Source of the DNA: Eledone cirrhosa
Taxonomy: Eukaryota
DNA length: 64,000 nt
Assembly: GCA_964016885.1 (NCBI GenBank)
Contig: OZ024742.1
Span: forward strand, 40,610,001 to 40,674,000
Direction: 5' to 3'
Shown: piece after piece, positions 41,046 to 54,600 of the stretch
Layout: every line of letters starts with the position of its first letter
How positions within the stretch are numbered: position 1 is the first letter of the stretch
Program-made: the position numbers and the translations under genes
Notes under the pieces: model-generated
Told to the model about the DNA's origin: nothing
Seen by the model: the letters and a program-made list of their open reading frames with translations, nothing else
Databases searched by the model: none

Positions 41046-41164
41046 GCCTGAAGAAGAGCTTATGCCCGAAACGTCCCCCCCCCCCACACACACACACTCT
41101 CAAGAGCGTGAAACTAATAAACCTTTATTTGTACTGTCTCTCTGTTTTGTTCCCATTCCATTTT

Positions 41165-41168
<4 letters not shown>
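41046..41168 (+). mobile_element. PLE stub beginning at a hammerhead core (family shared with 4020-4118)
   Basis: CTGAAGA-agagcttatgccc-GAAA-CGTC followed by ctctcaag..cgtgaa.ctaata. Confidence 0.6.
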
Positions 41169-41222
<54 letters not shown>

Positions 41223-41227
<5 letters not shown>

Positions 41228-41975
41228 ATAAATAACAAAGAACGCCTATAGCATATGCATATCTTTACTTGCTAACATTGTTTCATCCGCACTATAAGTG
41301 GGACTCATCAGAGCATAAAGGTTAATTACATACCACACAAGCAATAACAAATCCAAGACATTGAAGAATGAAAAAAAATAATAGAAGATAAAGGATATTA
41401 AGGAAGTAAAAGTAAAAATAAAAATAAAAATAAAAATAAAAATAAAAATAAAAATAAAAATAAAAATAAAAATAAAAATAAAAATAAAAATAAAAATAAA
41501 AATAATAAAATAAACAATGAAAAATAAGGGGTGCTATCAGTCCCAGTTGGGCGGGGTGCTGTCAACATATAGTTACATACAAGCATACACATGGATAAGA
41601 GAACAGACAAGAGTAGATAAGATAGATAGGATTAGGTAAGAGTAGGTAAACAATAGGTGAAAAACAGACTTATAATATATATAAGAAAATATAAAAAAAT
41701 ATAACAAACATACATATAAAATATAAAATATACAGATAATAGTGATACAGGGTAAGGAATGAAATAAAATAATATAAAATTAAAATTAAAATGATATAAA
41801 ATAGAACATAATATAATATAATCATAAAATAAGATAAAATAAGGTAAACTAAAATAAAATAAAATAGACTAAAGTAAAATAATATAATATAAGATATAAT
41901 TAAATGTAATTAAATAAATAAATAAATAAATAAATAAAATTAAATAAATAAATGAAATTAAAATTAAAATTAAAA

Positions 41976-42011
<36 letters not shown>

Positions 42012-44127
42012 GTAAATAAATAAATAAATGAATGAATGAAATTAAATAAATAAATAAATAAAATTGAATAAAATGAAATGAAATAAAATAAAATAAAATA
42101 AAGTAAATTGAGATAAGATATATATTTTTTTAGAATATATCTCTTGAATATATCAGGGGCCCACGAAGGCACTAAGTGTCACAGTTATCCGTATCACTTG
42201 ACCATTTTTTTAAAATATATTTCTTGAAAATATCAGGGGCCCACGAAGGCACTAAGTGTCACAGTCACCAGTATCACTTGACCATTGCAAGGCAATGGAG
42301 GCGTCCCAGGTTGGGCAGTCTCAAAAGTTCACTCGAAAGTCATAATAAACTGAGGAACTCCACCTCCTTGGCAGCGTACGTCCACAATTTAAAAAATGCA
42401 CGAACACATTACACACTTACTTGGCGGCAGGTTGCTAAATCCCATCCATATACTCCTCATAATAGAGTATGTAACCTATGCCTTGCCGAATCCCACTCTA
42501 TTATATTTGCTAAATGCCCTCTACTAAATAGAAAGTCAGAAATATTTTCCTCTTGCCCCCACCGAATATTAAGCTCTTTCTTCTATTTTAAACCTATTAG
42601 CTAACACTTCCTTATTTCTCCAGTTGGGCTATCTTGTGTAACTGTATTGTGTGTAACTGTCTCCTATTGTTTGTCTTCTATGTATATGAGTCGGTGAGTG
42701 TATACGTATGCCTGCGGGAGGATATTGATCTGGATATTGGGGTGTACAGGTGAGTGGGTGTGTATGTTAATAAGCACCCCTGTTTGGCACAGCGGATGTA
42801 ACCCATCCACGCTCGCCTACCCACCATTGGTGCATTGGTGTGTCTATCCTGACGTGTATCTTGTGGATCTGTACCTCTGTATGCGCATAAGTTGTGATGT
42901 AATGTATCTATGTAGAGCGTGTACTGTGATATAGGCTGCACTAATAGAAATTTAGCCTGTAACTGTGGGCGGACCTGTGCCATCTCGCCGTAAGCAGTAG
43001 ATACGTGGCGCATGTACGTGTTGCCCTCCTATTCTGTGGTTTAAGATCTACAGGCTGACTTCTGGGAGCTCTTGCCCGGGGTTGTAGTCTTTCTAGCACG
43101 ATCGGCCTTCCATATATTGACGGTCGTTGTTATGATCCCGAAAGTAACGTTTTGGCCCCGATAGCCCTCCGTAGTTACTAACGGTCTGTGTACACTTAAA
43201 TCGGGCAATGGCACGTGCGGACATGATTATCTCCGTAGGAATTCAATTTTATTTTACTACATCTCATCGTATGTATTTATTTTGAATGTATTATCCGTGG
43301 TGGTGGGTCTTGCCTAATGTGGTATTTCTGTGTTTAATATCAGCTTTGACCCGCGTGTCCTACGCTGTGTGTGTGTGCGTGTGTGTCTGTGTATACATTT
43401 ATATGTGTATGGGTGTAGGTGGTTGTATATGTCTGTATATAAAAAAATATATATATATATGTATACCGTCTCTGCATATGCATGTGGTGTGTATATGTGC
43501 ATATACGTGCTGAACACATTGGTGTGTATAATCTTGTGATGTCCCAATGCGGTGACATCATGGCTCTTGAAGCTATTTTTTATATATCTTTTGTCTTTTT
43601 ATATATCTTTTGTATGCGCTCCAACTGTGTCTGCTTGCTTTGGCTAACCCGCCTGCACCTTGCTTTCGGCCTCTTGCTACTGCACGTGAATTCTCCTACC
43701 TTCCTTCGATGTACCTCTGTTTGACCATTGGACTCCTGCCCGGGTGTGAACCGGTTTGTGATTACCCCACCGCTCAACTGTGTGAATGCACACCAGTGAC
43801 TTTCGAGTGAACTTTTGAGACTACCCAACCTGGGACGCCTCCATTGCCTTGCAATGGTCAAGTGATACTGGTGACTGTGACACTTAGTGCCTTCGTGGGC
43901 CCCTGATATTTTCAAGAAATATATTTTTAAAAAATGGTCAAGTGATACGGATAACTGTGACACTTAGTGCCTTCGTGGGCCCCTGATATATTCAAGAGAT
44001 ATATTCTAAAAAAATATATATCTTATCTCAATTTACTTTATTTTATTTTATTTTATTTCATTTCATTTTATTTAATTTTATTTATTTATTTATTTAATTT
44101 CATTCATTCATTTATTTATTTATTTAC

Positions 44128-44167
<40 letters not shown>

Positions 44168-44205
44168 TTTTAATTTTAATTTTAATTTTATTTATTTATT
44201 TAATT

Positions 44206-44245
<40 letters not shown>

Positions 44246-45065
44246 TTACATTTAATTATATCTTATATTATATTATTTTACTTTAGTCTATTTTATTTTA
44301 TTTTAGTTTACCTTATTTTATCTTATTTTATGATTATATTATATTATGTTCTATTTTATATCATTTTAATTTTAATTTTATATTATTTTATTTCATTCCT
44401 TACCCTGTATCACTATTATCTGTATATTTTATATTTTATATGTATGTTTGTTATATTTTTTATATTTTCTTATATATATTATAAGTCTGTTTTTCACCTA
44501 TTTTTTACCTACTCTTACCTAATCCTATCTATCTTATCTACTCTTGTCTGTTCTCTTATCCATGTGTATGCTTGTATGTAACTATATGTTGACAGCACCC
44601 CGCCCAACTGGGACTGATAGCACCCCTTATTTTTCATTGTTTATTTTATTATTTTTATTTTTATTTTTATTTTTATTTTTATTTTTATTTTTATTTTTAT
44701 TTTTATTTTTATTTTTATTTTTATTTTTATTTTTATTTTTATTTTTATTTTTATTTTTATTTTTATTTTTATTTTTATTTTTATTTTTACTTTTACTTCC
44801 TTAATATCCTTTATCTTCTATTATTTTTTTTCATTCTTCAATGTCTTGGATTTGTTATTGCTTGTGTGGTATGTAATTAACCTTTATGCTCTGATGAGTC
44901 CCACTTATAGTGCGGATGAAACAATGTTAGCAAGTAAAGATATGCATATGCTATAGGCGTTCTTTGTTATTTATTATATCACGGCTCTGTCCTCAGACAT
45001 CGAGCTAACCTTATACTGCCTGCTGGATAAGTGGAGTGTTATACACCCCTGATCCTCTCCCTAGT
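41223..45065 (+). mobile_element. 5'-truncated Penelope-like element with 1.1 kb inverted pLTR
   Basis: 41223-42342 is the reverse complement of 43797-44979. GIY-YIG C-terminus 42343-42604 (STSLAAYVH..W..CNLCLAE..LLNRKSE..CPH). Unpaired tail 44980-45065. Confidence 0.85.
44887..44932 (+). ncRNA. Type I hammerhead motif in pLTR (mirror copy at ~41270-41315, minus strand)
   Basis: TGCT-CTGATGA-gtcccac-ttata-gtgcggat-GAAA-CAATGTT-AGCA. Stem I tgct/agca. Confidence 0.65.
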
Positions 45066-45250
45066 ATACTATATATATATATATATATATATAACAAAGG
45101 AATTGTGGTAAGGAACCAGATGGACCATAACGCACCAGAGTACTCAATACTTAGAGTAGTAGAGTGGGAAATAGGAAAAACTATGAAATAGCCGTCGAAA
45201 CGGCTTGAGCTCTGCCGCCGGGGTCATACTTTTTCCTATATATATATATA

Positions 45251-47340
45251 TCATTCACACACGGTAGTGTGTGAATAATATTCTTAAGGTCAACTTTTTC
45301 CCAACGACAGCCATTTCTAGGACTTGCCACTAATTTAGCTCTCAACTAAATTTGATCAGGTTTTTTGTACTAGAATGGATTCATCCTAGGCTACATTTTG
45401 CTATAAGGAAATTGAAATTTGGATAAGTAGAAAAAAGTTACGCTAAAATATGTGTGGTCAAGTAGAGAAGGATAAGGCCCCTCATTGACTTTGACTCATC
45501 ATAACATTTTAAATTTCGAATATAATTTCATGCTACCTATCTCAGTAGATAGAACTCGATAAGCTGAATCGAGATTTGTCAATATTGAAACGATTGGTGC
45601 CATAGAAATCGAGTTGTGTGACTTTAAGTGACGAAATCAGCTGAAGAGTAACGCTAAGGGACATAACTCTAGTATAAATCCATCGTAGCTGTACTAAGTA
45701 GTTTCCCTTAATTGTAGTTATTCATAAAAGGCTTGATGAAATTTTTGGAGATCCCCAAAAAATGGCATATCCTTTTGGAAAAATGAATCTTCTTTTGTTT
45801 GGTGATTTGATGCAATTGCCACCTGTAAATGAAAAACCAGTATTTTCTAGAATTTCATCATATGATGCCAAAAGAACAGCATTAGTGGGAATTCATTGTG
45901 GAAATATTTTCAATATGATGAGCTAACCATTAATATGAGACAAGAAAAACAAAGACAACTATGTGGATATTTTGGGAAGAATTAGGATTGGTTCCCCATC
46001 AGACTCTGATATTAGCATTCTTCAAAAACGATGCCTATTTCCTGATAGAAAAGCATCTGTTGAAGAAATTGCTAAAAAATTGATTGAATTGTATTCTATT
46101 CCTGAATTAAAATTTGTATGCATTTTACCTTTGAATGAAGCTGTTGATGAGCTGAATAATGAAATAATTAAAAAATGCAACATAAATGCAGTGAAACTTG
46201 CTGCAAAAGATTCTGGTATGAGACAAGTAAATGGAAGAAAAAAGAAAAATGTTGAAAAAGGCAAAAACAAGAAAACTTCTGATACTGCTGGACTAGAAAC
46301 TTTTCTAAATGTTGGAATTGGAGCAAGAGTGATGTTGAAACGAAACATTGATGTAGATCAAGGCTTATGCAATGGTGTTATTGGAACAGTTATTGAATTA
46401 ATTGGGAATAGAAGCAATGTTGACAAAATTTTGACGTCTTTTGATACCAAAAAGGACAAATCCATTTCCATTGGAAGAGTTCAAGCAGACTATGTACTTT
46501 CTCCTGGTGTTTTTGTCACCAGAACACAATTTCCATTGTCTCTGGCTTATTCTATAACAATTCACAAATCACAAGGAATTTCTATGGATGGAATAATTGC
46601 TGATTTAGGAAATCAGATATTTTCTGATGGTCAAGCTTATGTGGCTCTTTCAAGAGCCAGAAAACTTTGCAATGTGTATCTCTGTGACTTTGATCCAAGA
46701 TCATTGATCATGGTTGACAAATCTGCATGGGAAAAGTACAACAAACTACGAGCTAGTACTGGAAGAGTAGATTTGCCTCCATTGCCACCTTGCAGGAAAA
46801 AGCCTCCTTGCATGGCAAATGCTTCTAGAATGCCCAAGAAAAGAACTAAAAGACTTAATTTGGAAGAAAATTCAAACCAACCTGCCAAAATGAAGAAAAG
46901 AAATTAAAACAGCCAAACTTTAATCCCTAAACATCAATTGATCAACCAAAGAAATGCTTGTTTTCCAAATTCAGTTGTGCAATCACTGAATCAATTGCCT
47001 GAATTTGTAGAGTATTGGCATAATTTTAACAACATGAATGGAGTACATCAAGAATTAAGCAATATCATTTTTAATAATCATAATAATGTCTCTAACTTAA
47101 GAAGAAGAATTGGAGGAAGATTTCATGATGGAAATCAGCAATGTGCTCATGAATTTTGGAAAGAACTCTCTCTACATTTGGACTTGGTATTTAGAGAAAA
47201 ACTTCAATTTATTCAAACTGATCATACTAGATGCATCCGATTGCATCAAACAAATTGCCAAGCTTTAAATAACAATGTTTGCAATTGTAATTCAAGACCT
47301 GGATGTGGTATAGAATCTGAACTTCCATTTCAAATAATAA
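45251..47340 (+). mobile_element. Helitron/Helentron relic: terminal hairpin, PIF1-like helicase, USP-like domain
   Basis: Hairpin attcacacac-ggta-gtgtgtgaat at 45253-45276. FGKMNLLLFGDLMQLPPV at ~45773-45828. ORF 45963-46907 has VMLKRNID..GLCNG, QFPLSLAYSITIHKSQG, GQAYVALSRA. Same-frame 46938+ has NACFPNSVVQSL and QQCAHEF. Confidence 0.85.
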
Positions 47341-47379
47341 TTATATTTATATATATATATATATGTGTGTGTGTGCGTG

Positions 47380-47411
<32 letters not shown>

Positions 47412-47606
47412 TAGCATGTATGTGTGTCTTTACAAATTTATGTGTATCTAAGTGGCTTCGTGAATACATTTGTATGAGCTTGTGTATGTTTCTCTCTGTA
47501 GATGTATGTCAATTTGTGAATGGAAGTGTGTGAGTTTGCGTGTACGCGTATTTGAATACATATTTTGACTTCTTGCATGTGTGCATGTGTATGAGAGAGA
47601 GCGGGC

Positions 47607-47692
<86 letters not shown>

Positions 47693-48069
47693 CCGTGTGT
47701 GTATATGCGTGCGTATGTGTGGATGGATGCATTTATAACGATTATGAAAGTAAATATCGTGGAAGGTAATATATTTTCCTTCCTTAAAACCAAGTCAATT
47801 ACTTTCTCAAGACATCGATGAAAAACATTTGTAAGCTAACGGCATAGATACATATAAATCATCGTCAAATGTTAACGTTTGTTTTCTCTGTTAGCAAGGG
47901 TTGGATGAGTTATTACAGACGATGCCAGGAACTAAAAGCAACTAGGTTCCCAGTGACCGATACCCTCGTATCCTCGAAGTTTTCTTTCCCTCCCAATGCC
48001 CTCGGTTTCCCCATCAATGGCGCTGATCCAGGTGACCTTTCGATAACGGCTCTAATCAAGAGCAGCGTT

Positions 48070-48198
48070 TCGACTTTCGTGCCGGTACCTATACCCAGAG
48101 TGTCCGAGCAGACCAGACTTCGCTCATTTGTGTTCTCGACTTTCGTGCCGGTACCTATGCCCAGAGTGTCCGAGTAGACCACACTTCGCTCATTTGTG
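48070..48198. repeat. Two-copy 66 bp tandem duplication in GC-balanced unique sequence
   Basis: tcgactttcgtgccggtacctat.cccagagtgtccgag.agacca.acttcgctcatttgtg at 48070 and 48136. Confidence 0.9.
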
Positions 48199-48523
48199 AT
48201 CCCGCAGTCCTCTAGCCTCGATGCCAGCTGAAAGAGTTTACGCGACCGGGTAGTAAATTTACATTAAAAGGCCTTATCGCGTGTAACAGTATGTAAAAAC
48301 ATATTGTGACACTAAAAAGTGTGTGGGAGAGGATGGGGGTTGAAGGACAGTTTCACATGAACATGACCGATGAAACACGTGTATGAAAGACAGGGGATAA
48401 AATATATATTAATTTGATAATCCGAATACTTCCCAATAATATTTCAACTTGCCTGTTATTTTTGACATCACTACAGGTCCAAATACTTGGAGGTCCTATA
48501 TTCTTTGAATAGGCGAAGTATGT

Positions 48524-48820
48524 GAAAGCACGTATGGCTTAATAGTTAGGGTGTTTGACTAACGATCGTAAGTTTACCTGTTCGTTTCTCGACAGTGTGT
48601 TGCGCCCTTGAGCAAGATACTTATTTTATGTTGTTCCAAGCCACTCTGCTGGTAAAAATGAATTGTACTTGTAATTCAAAGGTCCAATCATGCTGAATTT
48701 TCCTGTACGCTACGTTAGGCGTACGCGTGTTTGTGGAATACTCAGCCACTTGCATGTTACTTTTACAAGAAACTGTTCAATTATTCAAACTGGAACACTG
48801 ATCGTCGAAAGCGACTGAGG
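48524..48820 (+). mobile_element. Diverged tRNA-derived SINE (family S2)
   Basis: Similar to 19769-19886 (tggcttaatagttag, cccttgagcaagatact). Confidence 0.6.
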
Positions 48821-49397
48821 TCCAACACATTGGATTTGTTAGTGTTAGCGAATCAAATCAACTCACTGAATATAAAGTTATATTCTTGGCGAAGTAACCC
48901 ACAGAAATAGCTACTTCGATTCAAATTCGTGATTTCGTGCACGAAAAAAAATTACTTTTGCAGGACAACTACAACAATCACAACCACAACAACAAAATAG
49001 ATGAAAAGTGCTTATTCAAATCGAGTTCATTGATACGATTTGTCTTTGTTCTTCCTTTTTTTACTATACTCTCAGAATATTGTGAAGAACACAACACAAC
49101 ACATTTACAAAGTGAAACCAAGAACAAAATGATTATTAACATAAAGATAAAACAAATAAATAAATATTAGTGATTTTTTGAAACAATGTACTAAGTTACT
49201 AAAGAAAGGAAGACATTGGCTTAATTTTTATCAAAGAAAAATAGATTTTCTGAGAACAAAAATAAAATGAAGCAAGTTTTCGTCTATGAGAAAGAATTCA
49301 AAGAATAAATATCTACAATATACAACAAAGAAAGAAAAATAATAAGTACATTCTGGTCACGCTTTGAAAACATCCCAAATTATAGTTTTTCGTTCCT

Positions 49398-50274
49398 TGT
49401 TGTTGTTGGTGTTAGTGGTGGTGGTGGCGGTGGTGTGGTGGTGGTGGTATTAGTGGTGGTGGTGTGGTGGTGGTGGTGTCGGTGGTGGTGTGGTGGTGGT
49501 AGTGGTGGTGGTAGTGGTAGTGTGGTGGTGGTAGTGGTGGTGGTAGTGATGGTGGTAGTGGTGGTGGTGGTGATGGTGGTGAGTGGTGGTGTTGGTGGTG
49601 GTGATGGTGGTGGTGGTAGTGTGGCGGTAGTGGTGGTAGTGGTAGTGGAAGTGGTAGTGGTAGTGGTGTGGTAGTGGTGGTAGTGGTGGTGGTAACTTAG
49701 ACTATTATTAACGATATGTATTATATCACGGAATCGAAAAGTAATAATAAATTGATTGACCTCTGAATAGCATAATGTAGACATACACACTTACATACAT
49801 ACACTTACATACATACATACACACACACTTACATACATACACACTTACATATACACACACTTACATACATACTTACATACATACACACACTTACATACAT
49901 ACATACACGCACTTACATACATATACACACTTACATACACACATATATACATACACACTTACATACATACGCACACTTACATACATACATACTCACACTT
50001 ACATACATACACACTTATATACATACACACTTACATACATACACACTTACATACATACACACACTTACATACATACTTACATACATACACACACTTACAT
50101 ACACACACTTACATACATACACACACTTACATACACACTTACATACATACACACTTACATACATACACACTTACATACACACATACATACATACATACAT
50201 ACATACATACATACATACATACATACATACATACATACATACATACATACATACATACATACATGCATACACAC
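49398..50274. repeat. Degenerate (GGT)n block (49398-49692) and (CATA)/(CACTTA) minisatellite (49781-50274)
   Basis: Direct inspection. Confidence 0.9.
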
Positions 50275-51565
50275 ATGGAGGTTGCCAACTCGTTTTCGAG
50301 TACGGCCACTACTGTATATCCATGTAGGAGAACCCCTACCGATGCGCTGAATGAATGTGACTTTTTAGTCCTGCCAGCGACTTGAAAACTCTGGTACAGA
50401 CACTACACTTGTGACAATTATTGACACAGTGCTGGGCTCATGGTACCATGTGACGAAAAGTGCAGAGAGATCTCCAGATATAAAGCAATGCCTGTGCCGT
50501 GAAGCTTTTATAGTGAGCAAAGGCACTGCACAAAGCCAGTCCCACTCTCTTAACCAAGATGATATTTACCAAAAAGAAGAACAAGTCATTGGATACCATC
50601 AGGGTTGCATACATACACACATACATACACACATACATACATACAGACATACATACACACATACATACATACACACATACTTACATATATACACACTTAC
50701 ATACATACACACTTACATACATACACACTTACATACACACATACATACACACTTACATACATACACACTTACATACACACTTACATACATACATACATAC
50801 ATACATGATGGCTGCCCCCTCGTTATCGAGTAGGGTCATTGCACAATATACCATTATTAATAATTATTAATTAATGCAATGCCTGTGCGTGAAGATATTT
50901 TTAAAGTGAGGAAAGACTGTGCACTGAGCCAATCCCACTCTCTGAGCGACAGTAGCTATAACCCGAAAAGAAGAAAAGATCAACATCTTTGGTAACTACT
51001 GAGCCGCAGGTTTTATATCGGAGTTATCCCAGTTTCCTGAGTTGCCTTCTCCTAGAAGAATGCCCTAATAAAGGCTAGGGGTCCTTCACTCCCAGTGGTT
51101 TAACCATGCGATTGGGTGTCCAGCCCGACTATTTCTATGTCCTCGCGCATATGTATACATACATACATACACCTATGCATATACACATATACATATACAT
51201 ACATATTTACATGTGTATATACATATTTACACACTTTTGGATGGCCGTTGACTTTTATGAGTTCTTCCACCCTTTGTCAGGTTTTGTTTTTTTGTCCTGC
51301 AGGGTGTCCAAAATCACCCTCCTCACCATGTAAACTTCTGGGGTTGCCGGTTTAGTCGCTGACGACCCCACCATGCGACAGGTTGTACTGGGTTACATGT
51401 TACCAGTAGCACTCAAGAGTGACCCGACATACACATACATACATACATACATACATACATACATACATACATACATACATACATACATACATACATACAT
51501 ACATACATACATACATACATACATGATGGCTGCCCCCTCGTTATCGAGTATGGCCATTGCACGAG
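50275..51565 (-). mobile_element. Tandem short non-coding retroposons, probably RTE-dependent, separated by (TATG)n tracts
   Basis: Segments 50275-50608, 50806-51148, 51235-51428 and 51523-51565. Three share the 3' end ..tactcga(t/a)aacgag..ggca.cc..catg before (TATG)n. 50485-50555 resembles 50875-50945. Confidence 0.55.
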
Positions 51566-51636
51566 AAGAAAAAGAAATAAAAATAAAATAAAATAAAAAA
51601 ATAAAAAAAATAAAAAAATAAAATAAAATAAAAGAA

Positions 51637-51688
<52 letters not shown>

Positions 51689-51689
<1 letters not shown>

Positions 51690-54600
51690 ATTCGCCAATC
51701 CTCGATAAGAGTGTTTAAATATCGAACATAAACAGTTCGAATAACGGTGAAATGGAGACTAGAACGTCATGTGACAGACTCTCACCCAACAGGTGCCCCC
51801 TGGCTCAGCAGCAGGAACCTGACTGTCAACCAAATACTGCTGATGTTGGAGGAAGAAGAAGAAGGAAAGGGGCCAGAACCAACTGGACGAAAGAAAGAAT
51901 TGAATAGAACTGTTATGCAATGCTACCTGAAAAGTAACCCCAAGGAGAGGGGCTACAGGAGACGGATGCATAACATCTGGAACGAGATTGGTTTATTTAA
52001 ATTAGATGAACAAAAATTGGCCGGGCAGGCTCGGGTAATAAGAACTAATGGGTGGATAAGCGAGCTGGAACTGGAGGAACTGAGCAGAGAGAATGGCTTG
52101 GAGATGGCGGGTGTAGTATGCCAGACAAGCGAGCCGGCGGGAAATGAAGGTGAGGAGGTCCTGAGAACGGAGGAACCACCCGAAGCAGACAATGATCTGA
52201 ATACTGAGATAAATAATACCTGGAACAGAGATACGGCCACTGAGGAGATGAATGCTGACGGGCTAGGACAAGATTCGGTTGACATCCTAAATTTAGTGGT
52301 AGATGAGTTGAACAATGATAGTGGGAGACCTATGAACCTAAGATTTGTAGACAGGAAAAAGTTAAAAGAAACAACAGCTAAGGTAAACAAAGTCATCCCA
52401 TACCTTGAGGCGAGGAGTCTTCACCAGTGCAACAATATCCTCAAAGCAACAGCAAATACGGTGAGGAAACTACTTGGTATAAAAGCGAGAGGAAACAACA
52501 GACAAGAAAGAGCAGAGCCGTGGTGGAAGAAGCGACTGAGTGGGCAAATCGAGGAAATGAGAAATGACATAGGAAAGCTTGAGTCACTACTGAATGGGAC
52601 ACTAAAAAACATAGGCACTAAAAATAGACTGGAAATAAAATACAAAACTAGGAGTAAAAAGCTAAATATTATCATAGAGGAATTGAAGCAACGCATTGTA
52701 GCAAAGAGTGCCAAAATCAGGCGATACGAGAACAGAGTCAGTCAGTATAAACAGAACCGCATGTTCGACAACAACCAGAAGATGCTGTTTGGACAGCTTG
52801 AGGGGAAAGAAAGAGGCAACGACTTGATCCCTGGGGCGGAACAAGCTAAAACATTCTGGAGAGGAATATGGGAGCAGGATGTTAGACACAATGCCCAGGC
52901 AGGGTGGATTGAGACAGTACAGAGGGAGATCGGTGAGCAGGCACAGCAACAGACTGATTTGAGTATCACAGTTGAAACTCTTAAGGGGCAAGCCAAAAAA
53001 CTAACCAACTGGAAATCACCAGGCCCAGATGGTGTGCAGGGGTATTGGATTAAACATTTAACATCCCTCCACCCGAAGCTGACGGCCATGTTCAATGACT
53101 GCTTGGTGTCGGGTGAGGTGCCAGAGTGGTTGACAAAAGGTACCACAGTTCTGATAATGAAAGACCGAATCAAGGGTAATGATGTTACCAACTATAGACC
53201 TATCACATGTCTGCCCGTAATGTGGAAACTGTTGACGAGCATTGTGTCTGAGGAAATCTACCATCACCTCCACACAAACAACTTGTTACCGGACGAACAG
53301 AAAGGATGCCGAAAGAAGTCACGTGGTACAAAGGACCAGTTGCTTATTGATAAGATGGTAATGGGGAATTGCAGGAGGAGACACACTGATCTTGCCATGG
53401 GATGGATAGACTACAGAAAGGCATTTGACATGGTGCCTCATTCCTGGATCACCAAAAGCCTGGAGATCTTCAGGGTGGCAGATAACATCAGACAGTTGCT
53501 GGGCAGGAGTATGGGGTCCTGGGAGACAGAGTTGACATCAACTGGAGTATCCTTGGGGAGCGTGAAGATCAAGAGAGGTATCTTCCAGGGAGATAGCCTG
53601 TCCCCTCTGTTGTTTGTCCTTGCCCTGATGCCCTTGACCATTATGCTGCGAAAAGTGAGAGCAGGATACAAGTTGGGAAGGGGAGAGCTTACCATCAATC
53701 ACCTCCTCTTCATGGACGATCTTAAGCTCTTCGGGAAAAGTGAGAAGGAGTTGGATGTGCTTGTTGACACTGTCCGTATTTTCAGCAGTGATATATGTAT
53801 GCAATTTGGTATTGGTAAATGTGGAGTCATTGTGATGAGGAGGGGTAGGTTGAGCAGAAGTAACGGGATCCAGATACCAACGGGTGAGATGATAAAGGAA
53901 ATTGACTCTGAGGAAGGATACAAGTATTTGGGCGTTCTGGAGGCTGATGGCATAAAGAACAAAAAAATGAAGGAATTGTTAAGAACTGAATACATTCGGA
54001 GAGTAAGGAGCGTATTGAAGTCACATCTGAACAGCAGAAATGCCATAAGCGCAGTAAATTCCCGAGCTGTGTCTATTATTAGGTACAGTGCGGGAATTCT
54101 GAGATGGAATGTTGCTGAACAAAAAGAAATGGATAGGAAGACTAGGAAGCTATTGACTATCTACAACATGTTCCACAAGAGGAGTGATGTCGATAGACTC
54201 TACCTAAGGAGATCTGAGGGTGGAAGAGGTCTTATCAGCATAGAGGACTGTGTTCAGATGGAGAAAAACAACCTATACAAATACGTGACCTATAGTAAGG
54301 AGCCAATGCTCAGAGCTGTACTGAAGGAGGGGACAGTAGGCCAGGGGATATCCAAGGAGGAAATAACATCAAGGAGGAAGAGCAGCCTTAAGGGAAAATC
54401 CCTTCATAGTACCTTCTTTGAGAAAACTGAATTTAGAGATCCACAGACATGGAACTGGTTGAGAAGAGGAGACCTCAAAAAGGCTACAGAAGGAATGCTA
54501 ATGTCTGCGCAGGAGCAGGCCCTCAAAACGAAGTGGTTGAAGCACCATATCTACAAGGAGGAGGCTAGCCCACTGTGCAGGATCTGTGGAGAGAGAGAGG

